The notes: generated by a model not told the origin, from the letters alone. Positions 10,284-22,204 are shown, counted from the stretch's first letter. The stretch is 64,000 nucleotides of DNA from Nitrosopumilus sp. (GCA_965249555.1 OZ252243.1:448001-512000), one strand, 5' to 3'. Numbers and translations are program-made.

Positions 10284-10519
10284 CCAAGATATGACACTAT
10301 ATTTTAGAGATATTGATGATGATTATCATAAATTAAAAATCCCTAAAAACAAGGAAATTTACATTTGTAGAGATTTGATAATTTTTGATAAATCTTTAAT
10401 TCAGATAGAATTATCAAAAAAACATGATAATTAGAGTAATTATTTACTAATTATACACACACAGCAAGGGGTAAAAAAGATAATTAATGATAAACAGAGA
10501 GGGAAGGTGAGGAAAAAAC

Positions 10520-10687
10520 ATGTCAAAATGTGAAGAATGTGATGCAAATATTTCCGTACCAAGTGATGCACTTGAGGGAGAGATTGTAACATGTCCGGAA
10601 TGTGGCGCAAGTTTTGAATTAGCAAAAGGTTCAGATGGTTTCGATCTAAAGCCTGCCCAAACGGTTGGCGAGGATTGGGGACAGTGA
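10520..10687 (+). CDS. lysW: Amino-group carrier protein LysW (55 aa, not in ORF track), ending EDWGQ
   Basis: MSKCEECDANISVPSDALEGEIVTCPECGASFELAKGSDGFDLKPAQTVGEDWGQ. Its stop overlaps the lysX GTG. Confidence 0.95.
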   Translation: MSKCEECDANISVPSDALEGEIVTCPECGASFELAKGSDGFDLKPAQTVGEDWGQ

Positions 10688-11532
10688 GTCCTGACGTTAC
10701 AATTCTTTACGATAACATCCGTTGGGAAGAAAAAGCTCTACTAGAAGCCGGTAAAAAAAACAACATCAATGTTCAGATGGTTAATTGTAAGAATCTAGCA
10801 TTAGATTTAGAAAAAAAGCCTGAAGATTATGGAATAGTTATCCAGAGGTGTGTGAGTTACTATAGAAACTTGCATTCAACTGCAGCCTTGGAAGGACTTG
10901 GAGTCAAGGTAATCAACTGTCTCAATACAGGTATTTTTGCGGGAAACAAATTATTCACCCACATGTTACTAAAGAAATTTGGAGTGCCAACACCTGATGC
11001 AACTGTTGCTTTTTCAAAAGATGCAGCTCTGCAAGCATTAGAAACACAAGGGTTTCCCAGAGTAATCAAACCAACAGTTGGTAGTTGGGGCAGATTGATT
11101 TCAAAATTAAATGACAAAGAATCAGCTGACGGAATTATTGAAAGTAGAGAAAATATGTATCCAATTCACCAAATCCATTACCTAGAAGAATTTGTAAAAA
11201 GACCGCCAAGAGACATTAGAGCTATAATGGTTGGAGACAAAATAGTTGCAGCAATTTACAGAACTTCGGAAAATGGAAATTGGAAAACGAATATGGCACT
11301 TGGAGGAGTAGCAGAACCATGTAAGGTTACACCAGAGATGGAAGAAATGTGTATTAAGGCAAAAAATGCAGTTCAGGGGGATATCGTAGGTGTGGATTTG
11401 ATGGAAAGTGATGATAAAGGACTGGTAGTTCATGAGGTTAACAATACAACAGAATACAAAAACACAGTTAGAGTTTGTAAAGCAGATATTCCAACTGAAA
11501 TGTTAGAGTATGCATTGAAGATGGGTAAGTAA
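10684..11532 (+). CDS. lysX: LysX/ArgX ATP-grasp ligase
   Basis: IKPTVGSWG, RDIR, WKTNMALGG, GVDLME and EVNN motifs. Follows lysW. Confidence 0.93.
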   Translation: MSPDVTILYDNIRWEEKALLEAGKKNNINVQMVNCKNLALDLEKKPEDYGIVIQRCVSYYRNLHSTAALEGLGVKVINCLNTGIFAGNKLFTHMLLKKFGVPTPDATVAFSKDAALQALETQGFPRVIKPTVGSWGRLISKLNDKESADGIIESRENMYPIHQIHYLEEFVKRPPRDIRAIMVGDKIVAAIYRTSENGNWKTNMALGGVAEPCKVTPEMEEMCIKAKNAVQGDIVGVDLMESDDKGLVVHEVNNTTEYKNTVRVCKADIPTEMLEYALKMGK

Positions 11533-11535
11533 GAA

Positions 11536-12663
11536 TTGAATTCTCATTTTACAGTAACACCAAGTTTTGCAGTAAAGACACTTGAAAAAGCACTCAGATT
11601 GTACACGCCATCTCTCAGTGAAAAACCAATGACAGATTTTTTAGCTGATAAATGTGATGATTTAGGATTTGAAGATATTAAAGTTGACGAAGTAGGAAAT
11701 TTAATTGCAAAGAAGGGAACAGGTTCACCAAAAATTATGTTATGCGGACACATGGATGTTGTTCCAGGAAAAGTCAAAGTTAGAAAAGAAGGAGATTCGC
11801 TTTATGGACGTGGGGCATCAGATGCTAAAGCACCATTAATTGCAATGTTATTTGCCGCAGCATCAATTCAAAATAATAATGGAACTGTAATTTTTGTAGC
11901 AGCTGTAGATGAAGAAGGTAGTGCTACAGGAATAAAAAATCTTGTAAAAAAAAATATGGGTATTGATTATGCAATATTTGGAGAACCAAGTGGAGTTAAA
12001 CAAGTCACAATTGCATACAAAGGAAGATTAGCAATTAATCTTAAAGTTTCAGTTGAGGATAGTTCTCATGCAAGTGCACCATGGCTTTCAAAAAATGCAA
12101 TTCAAGAATCAATGGTTTTTGTAAAAGAACTCAAAGAAGGATTAGAAGCGGGTCAGGACGATAGAACTAAAGGTATGTTACTAACTGCAACTATAACTGA
12201 AATTACAGGGGGAATTAGTCACAACGTTACTCCAAAAGAATGTGAAACTACTTTTGATATCAGAATTCCAGTTGATATGAACTGTAAATCTACTGAACAA
12301 AAAATTGCAACGTTAGTAAAAGAAATTGCAGAAAAAAGAGGTGTAGAGGCATTTTATTCAATTCTTGATGAAACAGAACCATTTGAAGCAAATCATAATT
12401 CACCACTAGTTAGAGCATTTACTCTTGGAGTTATTGATGTAGAGCATTCAAGACCAACTCTAATTAGAAAAACAGGGACAGGGGACATGAACGTTCTTGG
12501 AAATCAGTGGAAAATACCAGTTGTAACATATGGTCCAGGGGATCCTCATGAAGCCCATACAATTGATGAGAAGGTCTCAATTGATGAGTACCTAAGAGGA
12601 ATAGAGATTCTCAAGAAAACACTTCAGCATTTAAAAAGACTTCATGATAAAAAGATGAAGTAA
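11536..12663 (+). CDS. lysK: LysK/ArgE [LysW]-lysine/ornithine hydrolase (M20 family)
   Basis: GHMDVV, GRGASDAK, DEE, GEPS and AHTIDE motifs. Confidence 0.9.
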   Translation: MNSHFTVTPSFAVKTLEKALRLYTPSLSEKPMTDFLADKCDDLGFEDIKVDEVGNLIAKKGTGSPKIMLCGHMDVVPGKVKVRKEGDSLYGRGASDAKAPLIAMLFAAASIQNNNGTVIFVAAVDEEGSATGIKNLVKKNMGIDYAIFGEPSGVKQVTIAYKGRLAINLKVSVEDSSHASAPWLSKNAIQESMVFVKELKEGLEAGQDDRTKGMLLTATITEITGGISHNVTPKECETTFDIRIPVDMNCKSTEQKIATLVKEIAEKRGVEAFYSILDETEPFEANHNSPLVRAFTLGVIDVEHSRPTLIRKTGTGDMNVLGNQWKIPVVTYGPGDPHEAHTIDEKVSIDEYLRGIEILKKTLQHLKRLHDKKMK

Positions 12664-13700
12664 TGCTTTGGTTTGTAGGTTTAGGAATTTCTGGGTTCAA
12701 ATCAATTCCTAATGAAGCACTAGATATTTTATCAAAAGCAGATATTGTCTATCTTGAACAGTTTACCAGCCCAATTGGGAAATCAGATTTGGTGAAAATC
12801 AAAAATGCAACAAAAGGTGAATTCAAACCCGCAAAGAGATGGCTAGTGGAAGATGGAAGTGAAATTTTACAAAATGCAAAGAAGAAAAAAGTGGTTTTGC
12901 TCTCATATGGGGATCCATACATTGCAACAACTCACATTGAATTAAGAACAAGAGCAATTGAAGATAAAATAAAGACATTTTCTATTCATGCTTCATCATC
13001 ACTTACTTCTATGATAGGGGAGTGCGGTTTGCATTTTTACAAAGTTGGAAGAATTGCAACAATAATGAGTGAAATGAAATCACTTACAACACCGTACTAT
13101 CTAATTTACAAAAATATCATTGAAGGGAATCACACTGTACTTCTCTTAGAGTACAATCAAGACAAGGATTTTTTCTTGGATCCTAAAGATGCATTAAGTG
13201 GATTGTTAGAAACAGAAAAAGGACAGAGAAGAAATGTAATTAGCTCATCTACTTATGCCATAGTTGCATCAAGAATTGGATTCAAAGATCAAACAATCAT
13301 TTCAGGCAAAATATCTAGCCTGAAGAAAAGGGATTTCGGAAAGCCACCACATACTGTAATAATTCCAGGTAGATTACACTTTACTGAATCAGATGCCTTG
13401 AAGATGTTAGGTGAATGCATTGATGAGCCATTTGATAATTCTGAAAAAACAAAAAAGATTTCAGTTCAGATGATGAAAAAATATGTTCCAATGGTCAGAG
13501 AGGCACTTGAAGAGATCAAACCACTCTATAAAGATCAAAAAGAATTTCAAGTAATTTTAGAAAATGCAGAATTGTACATACTTGATGCAGAAAAATTCCT
13601 AGCAGATGGTCAAGATGAGGTAGCAATTTTGAGTATTGGATATGCAGATGGTCTTGTTGATGCATTGAGACTGGCAAAAGGCCTTGATCCAAAAATGTGA
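12663..13700 (+). CDS. dph5: Diphthine synthase with C-terminal DUF357-like domain
   Basis: FVGLG, GDPYIATTH, HTVLLL, PPHTVIIPG.LHFTE, and C-terminal YADGLVDALR. Confidence 0.9.
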   Translation: MLWFVGLGISGFKSIPNEALDILSKADIVYLEQFTSPIGKSDLVKIKNATKGEFKPAKRWLVEDGSEILQNAKKKKVVLLSYGDPYIATTHIELRTRAIEDKIKTFSIHASSSLTSMIGECGLHFYKVGRIATIMSEMKSLTTPYYLIYKNIIEGNHTVLLLEYNQDKDFFLDPKDALSGLLETEKGQRRNVISSSTYAIVASRIGFKDQTIISGKISSLKKRDFGKPPHTVIIPGRLHFTESDALKMLGECIDEPFDNSEKTKKISVQMMKKYVPMVREALEEIKPLYKDQKEFQVILENAELYILDAEKFLADGQDEVAILSIGYADGLVDALRLAKGLDPKM

Positions 13701-13745
13701 TCAATATCGATGAATTAAAGAGAGGGTCTAAAAATAAGAAAAATA

Positions 13746-14363
13746 TTGGAAATAAACGAAAAAGCAATTCTTTCTGCCATGTATGTATGTCAAATTGACG
13801 GAAAGCCAGTATTAGAGAAAATTACAAAACAAAGTTTGCTTTCAATAGACACAATTAACTCAAAGATTGATGAATTAATTAAAAACCAACTTGTAAACGA
13901 AGACAGAACCACGCTTACAGAAATTGGGCGAGATTCACTACATGTCGTATTATCTGGAGGGGTTTTCGATATCATTCATCCTGGTCACATTCACACACTT
14001 GATGCGGCAAAAGCATTAGGAGATGTTCTAGTAGTAGTTGTAGCAACAGATAGCACATCTGAAAAGATGAAGAATCGAAGACCACTGCACACTCAGGAAC
14101 AAAGACAAGAATTAGTAAATTCTCTCTCAATGGTAGATCTTTGTCTAGTAGGACAAGAAGATGATATTTTCAAGACAGTTAATCGTGTAAGACCACAAAT
14201 TATTGCATTAGGTTATGATCAAGTTCATCAAGAGAAATTCATCACAGATGGATGCAAAAAGATTGATCTTGAAGCAAAAGTTGCAAGATTGCAATCCCCA
14301 ATTCCTGAAAGCTCTAGCTCTAAAATAGAAGAAGCGTATGGAAAAGATATTCACGGAATTTAG
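13746..14363 (+). CDS. ribL: FAD synthase (cytidylyltransferase fold) with N-terminal wHTH
   Basis: GVFDIIHPGH and ALGYDQ motifs. Convergent with the riboflavin kinase. Confidence 0.85.
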   Translation: MEINEKAILSAMYVCQIDGKPVLEKITKQSLLSIDTINSKIDELIKNQLVNEDRTTLTEIGRDSLHVVLSGGVFDIIHPGHIHTLDAAKALGDVLVVVVATDSTSEKMKNRRPLHTQEQRQELVNSLSMVDLCLVGQEDDIFKTVNRVRPQIIALGYDQVHQEKFITDGCKKIDLEAKVARLQSPIPESSSSKIEEAYGKDIHGI

Positions 14364-15043
14364 GAATTAATTGGAATCTTGATTGAAACTTTTGATCCAT
14401 CTTTTAGTTTTGCAGTTTTTCTTATACAGACTTTTGATATTAATTCAATTATAGAAGCATCATGATGAGTTCGTTCAAGTATGATTAATTCACAATTAAT
14501 TGAATTGTTGAGTTTGGCTGGAAAGCATTTTACCCATCCATAGGTTCTCTTTCCATCTGAAAAGCTCTTAATTTTAATACCCTCCAAAATTTCAAATTGT
14601 TTAATTGCCTCTTGATGAATTTTTTGATCTAATTTAACATTAAGAGTTCCGGGAAATGGAATGTAGCCAATTTTTGGTTTGAACTGTTTTGTATATCCTT
14701 TTAATCCCATATAGTATGCACCCTCACCCATTCCAGAAACCAAAGTTCCTTTTAGATTCACATGAGAAGGAGACGAATCCAAACTTTTTTGTAAAATGGC
14801 TGAGAGTTTGACCATTTCAGAAAAACCTTTTGTAGTAATTTTTACTGAAATATTCCTTCCACTTACTATTCTTTCAATGAAAAGATTTTGTTCTAACTCA
14901 AGTAGATGTTTTGATGCAGCTTGTTGTGATTTTTTGATATTTTTTCCAAGTGAGGAAGTGGTGATAGTAACATAGTTGTGTTTTGCTCCTTTAGACAGAA
15001 GGAAAGAGAGAGTTAAGAGGTGCTGAATCTTTAATTCAGTCAT
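14360..15043 (-). CDS. ribK: CTP-dependent riboflavin kinase with HTH (RbkR-type)
   Basis: SQQAAS HTH, SGMGEGAYY, PFPGTLN and ERTHH motifs. Confidence 0.9.
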   Translation of the reverse strand: MTELKIQHLLTLSFLLSKGAKHNYVTITTSSLGKNIKKSQQAASKHLLELEQNLFIERIVSGRNISVKITTKGFSEMVKLSAILQKSLDSSPSHVNLKGTLVSGMGEGAYYMGLKGYTKQFKPKIGYIPFPGTLNVKLDQKIHQEAIKQFEILEGIKIKSFSDGKRTYGWVKCFPAKLNNSINCELIILERTHHDASIIELISKVCIRKTAKLKDGSKVSIKIPINS

Positions 15044-15052
15044 CTAGAAAGC

Positions 15053-16195
15053 CTATGAGATACCTAAATCACTAAATGTTTTAAGCGTCATGTCATTAGA
15101 GTCGGATAGTTTAGCAACTCTATGTCCAATAACACATTCAACGCCTGCATTTTTGGCACCTTCTATTAGTCTTTGAGTGATAATTCCATCTAGTAGAAGA
15201 TACTTGATTCCTGATTGTGTGGATAATTTACTAACAACCTCACTGATTGGAACTTTGAAAATTTCGTTTTGATCACTATCTAGTGCAACTGCTTCAAGTG
15301 TTTCATTAAGACTTGGGAAAACCTTTGATGCTACATCTACAATTGGTTTATCATCTTCATTTTTGAGTGATGGTGCAGGTTTTCCATTTTTAATTTCATC
15401 AGCAACGGGACTTAGAATTTCATCAATTCTTTGCGGAGTTAGTTCTTCAACTTCAACATCGTTATCTGCCTGAAGTTCATAGTCTAATGTAACAACAGAT
15501 TTGAGTTCTTTGAGGATAAATCCGCCTGATCTATCTCCATCAAGGAATGCAACAACAGTATCTTTGGTATTACATAGTTCTTTGATAGATTCATCAATTT
15601 TTGCACCTTCAATTGCAAGAGCATTGTCATATCCTGCTCTTAAAAGATTGATTACATCTGCTCTTCCTTCAACAAGAATTACCCAAGTAGAATCAAAGAC
15701 GCCAGAACTGCATGTAAGTTTTGATGGTCCATACGTTGATAGTTTTCCAGTATCACCTTGATGAACATCATTTAACATGCTTTCTCCTTCACTGACAGTT
15801 TTTGTTGCCCATTTTTGCTTGATTTCTTTAGCACGTTTTACAATATCGTCTTTCTTGGCAGCTCGTACATCATCAATAGCATCTAATCTAAATTTGCAAT
15901 CAAACGGACCTACTTTGTCAATGCTTTCAATTCCTGCAGCAATTAATGCACAAGTATCAATATCAGTACTCATTGGGATTAAAGCAGTACCGTTTGTAGC
16001 ATTAGCTGTTGATTTTGCATCAACTTCAATACGTCCTACTTTGGAAACTCGCTGCAGTTCATTCAGATTCATCTCCGGACCTAACAGACCTTCTGTCTGG
16101 CCAAAGATTGCGCCGATTATATCTGCTCTTTCAACGAGCCCATCAACTTCATAGGAAAGTTTAACATGATATTTGACAATTCCTGATTGAGGCAT
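15053..16195 (-). CDS. dnaG: Archaeal DnaG (TOPRIM, exosome-associated)
   Basis: GAIFGQTEGLLG, VEGRADV and DGDRSG motifs. Confidence 0.93.
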   Translation of the reverse strand: MPQSGIVKYHVKLSYEVDGLVERADIIGAIFGQTEGLLGPEMNLNELQRVSKVGRIEVDAKSTANATNGTALIPMSTDIDTCALIAAGIESIDKVGPFDCKFRLDAIDDVRAAKKDDIVKRAKEIKQKWATKTVSEGESMLNDVHQGDTGKLSTYGPSKLTCSSGVFDSTWVILVEGRADVINLLRAGYDNALAIEGAKIDESIKELCNTKDTVVAFLDGDRSGGFILKELKSVVTLDYELQADNDVEVEELTPQRIDEILSPVADEIKNGKPAPSLKNEDDKPIVDVASKVFPSLNETLEAVALDSDQNEIFKVPISEVVSKLSTQSGIKYLLLDGIITQRLIEGAKNAGVECVIGHRVAKLSDSNDMTLKTFSDLGIS

Positions 16196-16311
16196 AAATT
16201 ATTCATCTCCTTAATATTCATAATTTGAGTTTCTGCTTTCGATATATGAGGGTATCGCAAAAATTTGCACAGCAATCGCTAGAGACATCTAAAAATGAGA
16301 AATAATGTTGC

Positions 16312-16662
16312 TTATTCAGTGCTAAAAGAGTGACCACATGAACAGGACTTTGTAACATTTGGATTGTTGATTTTAAATCCAGAACCCATTAGGCTTTCAA
16401 TATAGTCTACATTTGCACCTTGAAGATGTTCAACACTGTAACTATCAACTAGGAATTTTACTCCATTTTCCTCCATGACGATATCGTCTTCTTCTGGTGC
16501 TTTTTCAAAGCCCATTCCATAAGATAGACCAGAACAACCGCCGCCTTGAACATATACTCTAAGATATTCTGGGGCTTCGGCTTCTTCTTTCATGAATTCT
16601 TTGATTTTTTCAGCTGCTTTTGCAGTGATTGTGATCATCTTTTGTGTTTGTTCGGTTGCCAT
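16312..16662 (-). CDS. A-type Fe-S carrier (ErpA/IscA/HesB)
   Basis: GGGCSG and NPN...CSCGHSF motifs. Confidence 0.92.
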   Translation of the reverse strand: MATEQTQKMITITAKAAEKIKEFMKEEAEAPEYLRVYVQGGGCSGLSYGMGFEKAPEEDDIVMEENGVKFLVDSYSVEHLQGANVDYIESLMGSGFKINNPNVTKSCSCGHSFSTE

Positions 16663-16790
16663 TATGAATAAAAAAGCAGGTTCAAATTATAATAAGCTTT
16701 TGCCACTCAGCACACTAGGGATTTAAGAAATAAGGCGTATTTTTGCCACAATTATGGTTGTTAAGATAAATAAAAAAAAGTCGGAAATAG

Positions 16791-17588
<798 letters not shown>

Positions 17589-19706
17589 CTATTTTCCTTG
17601 TATTTTGCCCAATTGAACTAATGCACCTGCAGCTTCAACCCAAGTTCGAAGGTCTTGGTAAACTGGAACATTATGTTTCTCAACCAATTTTACCATTTTT
17701 TCAGTATATGGACCACCATTACATCCAACTAAAAGTGGTTTCTTTCTTTTCTTTTGGAAATCAGCAAGATAATCAACAATTGTTTCTTCAAGTGGATCAT
17801 CTTGGAAGACAAACCATGGCATTGCGATATCAATATTTTTTTCGTCCATGAATTGTTGAATGACAAATCTATAATCTTCTGCAGTTGCACCGCCACCTAC
17901 ATCTGCTGGATTACCACTATGAATAGGAACAGCTATTGGAAAATGTGCCTTCATTTTTTTGACACGTTCCGGTGATAACTTTCCTATGGTAAGACCAAAT
18001 TTTTCTAATTGATCCATTCCACCAATCATTGGACCAGCACCATTACTAGTCATAGCAACACGATTTCCCTTTGCAGCTGGTTGCCATGCTAGTGCCTTTA
18101 AGACGCCAGCTAGTTGTTGATAACTGTCAACAGAGATTATACCTGCTTGCTTGAATGCACCCATAATGATTGCATTTGAGCCTCCAAGTGAGCCTGTGTG
18201 TGATGCAGCTTGTTTTGCACCTATTGCAGTTCTACCACTCTTCCAAATAACTATTGGTTTCTTTGTTTCTTTCATAACACGTTTGGCAGTATTGATGAAT
18301 TTTCGTCCATCACCAAATCCTTCAACGTATAATCCAATTACTTTTGTTTGAGGATCATTTGCAGCATACCATATCATATCTGCTTCATCAACATCAGAAC
18401 GATTACCAAAACTAATCATCTTGGATAAACCAAACACATCAGCACTTTCTAACATACTAATTCCCATGGTTCCACTTTGTGAGAAAAATGCAACAGAGCC
18501 TAATTTTGAACGTAGCATTCTTTCTTGTCCTTGGAATGCACAATCAAGGCGATTAGCAGCATTGAACATTCCAATACAGTTAGGACCAATAATTCTGATT
18601 TTGTGTTTTTTAGATAATCTTGTAATTTCAGCCTCATATGCTGCACGTTCTCCGCCGAGCTCTTTTCCTCCACCTGAAACAATTACTACACTGTGAACTC
18701 CTTTCTTTGCACAATCTTCTAAGACAGGAGGAGTCATAGACAAATCTACTGAAACCACAACAAGATCAACTTTGCCTGGAACTGCTGAAACTGTTGGATA
18801 GCATTTTTGCCCAAAGATTTTATCAGCCTTTGGATTTATGGGGTAAACCTTTCCTTTGAAATCATAATTTACCAAACTGTCTAAGATAGAATTTCCAATC
18901 TTTCCAGGAGTTGATGATGCACCAACTAGTGCAACAGATTTTGGAGTAAAGAATGTCTCCATGTTTTCTTTGCTTGGTTTTGCGTTAGAAATGGAATTTT
19001 TCTTTACTTTATCATTAAGAAGAATTTTTGCATCTACAACATAATGAGATTTTGGATAAACAATTACAGGGTTAAAGTCAATGCTGTTGAAATGGTCAGC
19101 GTTTTCTACTCCTAGTTTTCCAATTTGTACAAGCATTTTTGAAACCATGTTAAGATCAATTGGCGCACTTCCTCTGAATCCTTTGAGAAGTGCTGAGCCT
19201 TTGAGTTCATTTATCATTGATTTTGCATCTGAAGTTGTAATTGGTAGCATTCTAAATGAAACGTCTTTCATAACTTCAGTCATTATACCACCTAGTCCGA
19301 CCATAATTACAGGACCAAATTGAGAATCGTTTTGAAGACCAACAATTAGTTCAACACCTTTTGGAACCATCTTTTCAAGAAGTATTCCTTTAACATCAAC
19401 TCCTTTCTTTTTAGAAAGTCTGCCATACATGTCATTGAATGTCTTTTTTACATCATTGATATTATCTAGTCCAACTTTAACTCCACCAACATCAGTTTTG
19501 TGTAAGATTTGTGGTGAGACTACTTTCATTACAAGTGGAAAGCCAATTTTTTTTGCTTGTTTTGCCGCATCCTCAGCAGAGGTTACAAGTGCAAAAGGTG
19601 GAACTTTGACTCCATAACTTTTGAGTATTGATTTTGATAATTCTTCGGTAATGACTTTGTGTTTAGTTTGAATGATTTCGTCAAAAATTTTCTTTACTGC
19701 AACCAT
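17589..19706 (-). CDS. 3-hydroxypropionyl-CoA synthetase (ADP-forming; ATP-grasp and CoA-binding domains fused)
   Basis: [24 protein letters not shown] and NPAD motifs in beta-alpha order. Hydratase neighbour. Confidence 0.82.
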   Translation of the reverse strand: MVAVKKIFDEIIQTKHKVITEELSKSILKSYGVKVPPFALVTSAEDAAKQAKKIGFPLVMKVVSPQILHKTDVGGVKVGLDNINDVKKTFNDMYGRLSKKKGVDVKGILLEKMVPKGVELIVGLQNDSQFGPVIMVGLGGIMTEVMKDVSFRMLPITTSDAKSMINELKGSALLKGFRGSAPIDLNMVSKMLVQIGKLGVENADHFNSIDFNPVIVYPKSHYVVDAKILLNDKVKKNSISNAKPSKENMETFFTPKSVALVGASSTPGKIGNSILDSLVNYDFKGKVYPINPKADKIFGQKCYPTVSAVPGKVDLVVVSVDLSMTPPVLEDCAKKGVHSVVIVSGGGKELGGERAAYEAEITRLSKKHKIRIIGPNCIGMFNAANRLDCAFQGQERMLRSKLGSVAFFSQSGTMGISMLESADVFGLSKMISFGNRSDVDEADMIWYAANDPQTKVIGLYVEGFGDGRKFINTAKRVMKETKKPIVIWKSGRTAIGAKQAASHTGSLGGSNAIIMGAFKQAGIISVDSYQQLAGVLKALAWQPAAKGNRVAMTSNGAGPMIGGMDQLEKFGLTIGKLSPERVKKMKAHFPIAVPIHSGNPADVGGGATAEDYRFVIQQFMDEKNIDIAMPWFVFQDDPLEETIVDYLADFQKKRKKPLLVGCNGGPYTEKMVKLVEKHNVPVYQDLRTWVEAAGALVQLGKIQGK

Positions 19707-19748
19707 GTTTCGATCGATAAAATCAAAACTAAGTATATTAAACTTTGG

Positions 19749-20432
19749 TCAAAGATCGAATGACGATTTGAAGTTGTTGTAAAAATTCTTCATATTTGAT
19801 TTTACAGTTGAAATGTTTTCATCAATATCTGAGCGAATTTTTTGCGAATTTACATTAGGAATGTTTTGTAGTTTTTCCTCAGCTCTATCAAGCCAGAAAT
19901 TGACCATTTCTTCATTTACCTCCAAATGGAATTGCAATCCAACTGCACTTTTGTATTGAAAAGCTTGATTCAGATAATGCTCAGATGAGGCCAATCTAAC
20001 TGCACCTTCAGGTAAATCAAAGGTATCACCATGCCAATGAAAGACAGTGAAGGGATTTTTGAAGCCAGAAAAGAATGTAGTGTCATTATGAATTTTCAAG
20101 TCATTGTAAAATCCAATTTCCTTTCGTGGTCCACGGTATACTTTGGCACCAAAAGTTTTAGCAATTAGTTGCGAACCCAAACATATCCCCAAAACAGGAA
20201 TATTTTTTTCAACACAGTTTTTGACAAGACGTTGTTCTGCGTGAAGATATGGTAAATCATCATTTGCACTTTCAGGCGCTCCTAAAATTACAGCTAGAGA
20301 GAAATCTTTCTTAGGAAGTGGTTCGTGTTTTGCATTAACTGAAGTAATCTCAAATCCATCATTATTGAGAAGATCACCCAAATATCCAGAACCTTCAATT
20401 CTGGTATTTTGTACAAGCAAAACATCAGACAT
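19749..20432 (-). CDS. Type 1 glutamine amidotransferase
   Basis: LGICLGSQ, WHGD and QFHLE motifs. Confidence 0.88.
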   Translation of the reverse strand: MSDVLLVQNTRIEGSGYLGDLLNNDGFEITSVNAKHEPLPKKDFSLAVILGAPESANDDLPYLHAEQRLVKNCVEKNIPVLGICLGSQLIAKTFGAKVYRGPRKEIGFYNDLKIHNDTTFFSGFKNPFTVFHWHGDTFDLPEGAVRLASSEHYLNQAFQYKSAVGLQFHLEVNEEMVNFWLDRAEEKLQNIPNVNSQKIRSDIDENISTVKSNMKNFYNNFKSSFDL

Positions 20433-20481
20433 TATTTTTTAGTTACAAAAGTGCTTAATATGTTCAAACAAATCAGATAAT

Positions 20482-20859
20482 GTGCTCGTTACAGAACAAG
20501 AAATTATAGAGTTGAAAAATTTTATTTTTCAGTTGAACGTTATGGAAGATAGTGTTGTAGTAGTTGAAGGTAAAAAAGATTCCATTGCATTAAAAAAACT
20601 GGGTTACACTGGAAAAGTTTTAGAATTTCACAGATTTGGAGGAATGGTTGACTTTGCTGATTCAGTTTCAAAATATAAAAAATTGATTATTCTTTTTGAC
20701 AGAGACAAAAAAGGTAGAACATTAACTAGAAAAACGATTCAACTATTGCAAAGGAGAACAAAAATAGATCTTTCTTTCAAAAGAAAACTTCGAGAAATTA
20801 CTAAAGGTAAGATAAGGTGTATCGAAGAACTAGTTTGTTACGAATCGTATCTGGTTTAA
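20482..20859 (+). CDS. Small TOPRIM-domain protein
   Basis: VVVEGKKD and LFDRDKKG motifs. Confidence 0.85.
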   Translation: MLVTEQEIIELKNFIFQLNVMEDSVVVVEGKKDSIALKKLGYTGKVLEFHRFGGMVDFADSVSKYKKLIILFDRDKKGRTLTRKTIQLLQRRTKIDLSFKRKLREITKGKIRCIEELVCYESYLV

Positions 20860-22130
20860 GGCCAAATACCTTTTTGATTAAAGGCTTCTACTACTCGTTC
20901 AACAGCTAAAGCCATGGCTGCCTTTCTCATGTCAATTTTGTGTTTTTTGGACATTGCATATGAATCCCTGAATCCTTTTGTGATGTTGGCCTCCATTTTC
21001 TTGGCAACCTCATCAAATGTCCAATAGTAACCCATGTTGTTTTGTACCCATTCTAGATATGAAATACAGACACCGCCAGAGTTTGCTAAAATATCAGGAA
21101 TAACCATAATGTTCTTTTTGTAGATAATTGGATCAGCTTCTGGCAATGTTGGACCGTTGGCAGCTTCTGCAATAATTTTACATTTGAGATTATTTGCAAT
21201 CTTTGCATCGATTTGGTTTTCTAGTGCACCAGGAACCAAGAAATCACATTTGGTAGTAAGTAATTGTTCAGTTGTGATTTTTTCACTTTCAGGAAATCCA
21301 ACAACAGAGCCTTTCTTTTGTTTGTGTTCTAAGATTTTACTAACCTTTGCACCATTTGGAATAGAAATAGAGCCTTTAGAATCACTAGCTGCAATTACTT
21401 TGGCACCCATATCTTCAAGGGATTCTCCTGCAAATGTTGATGCATTTCCAAATCCTTGCAAAACAACTGTGGCACCTTTTAATTTAATTTTCAATTCTTT
21501 GGCTGCTTCTCTCATACAATATGCCGCCCCTAATCCAGTTGCGACATTTCTTGCAAGAGAGCCTCCCATTGAAATTGGTTTTCCAGTAATTACACCTGGA
21601 GAAGATTTGTTGCCGTTTAGTTTGCTAAATGTGTCCATGATTTGAGTCATCTCTCTACCTGTTGTGTAAACATCAGGTGCCGGAATATCTTTTTCAGGTC
21701 CTATAATTTCAGAAATTTTGAATGCAAATCCTCTTGTTAGTCTCTCTAATTCTGCATCGCTAATTTTTTCTGTTTTTGGGTTTACATAGATTGCACCTTT
21801 TCCTCCGCCTAATGGAATATCAACTATTGCACATTTCCATGTCATCCACGAAGAAAGTGCCATAACTTCACGTTCCATGTATTCCACCCCACCTTCTGGA
21901 TTAAAGTAACGAATGCCACCTTTGTATGGACCTCTATCATTGTTATGTTGACTTCTAAAACCTGTAAATATTCTAATTTTACCATTATCCATTTTTACTG
22001 GAATCTTTACTCTCAAAACTTTGTTTGGCATTGCAAGATATTCACGCAATCCTTTGTCTTTAATTCCAAGAATATCACATGCATCATTAACCTGTTTAGT
22101 TGCATTTGCAAAAGGATCATGCTTGAACAA
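20856..22130 (-). CDS. gdhA: Glutamate dehydrogenase
   Basis: GPYKGG, GGGKG, PAPDV, QGFGN, EAANGP and SYLEW motifs. Confidence 0.95.
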   Translation of the reverse strand: MFKHDPFANATKQVNDACDILGIKDKGLREYLAMPNKVLRVKIPVKMDNGKIRIFTGFRSQHNNDRGPYKGGIRYFNPEGGVEYMEREVMALSSWMTWKCAIVDIPLGGGKGAIYVNPKTEKISDAELERLTRGFAFKISEIIGPEKDIPAPDVYTTGREMTQIMDTFSKLNGNKSSPGVITGKPISMGGSLARNVATGLGAAYCMREAAKELKIKLKGATVVLQGFGNASTFAGESLEDMGAKVIAASDSKGSISIPNGAKVSKILEHKQKKGSVVGFPESEKITTEQLLTTKCDFLVPGALENQIDAKIANNLKCKIIAEAANGPTLPEADPIIYKKNIMVIPDILANSGGVCISYLEWVQNNMGYYWTFDEVAKKMEANITKGFRDSYAMSKKHKIDMRKAAMALAVERVVEAFNQKGIWP

Positions 22131-22204
22131 GATGATCGTATTTAATGGACTATGATTATATATTTTTGGTTGAAAATTTCTGATCGCAGTTTAAGAAAAT
22201 AGAA

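Larger units (their letters stand above)
4086..10490. mobile_element. ~6.4 kb defence/TA island bounded by a 14-bp direct repeat
   Basis: AAGATAATTAATGA at 4086-4099 and 10477-10490. Cargo is very AT-rich nuclease/toxin-like ORFs separating HCS from lysW. No integrase is visible. Confidence 0.75.

Noticed and set aside
10440-10625. 61-aa minus-strand ORF
   Set aside because: Shadow of lysW.
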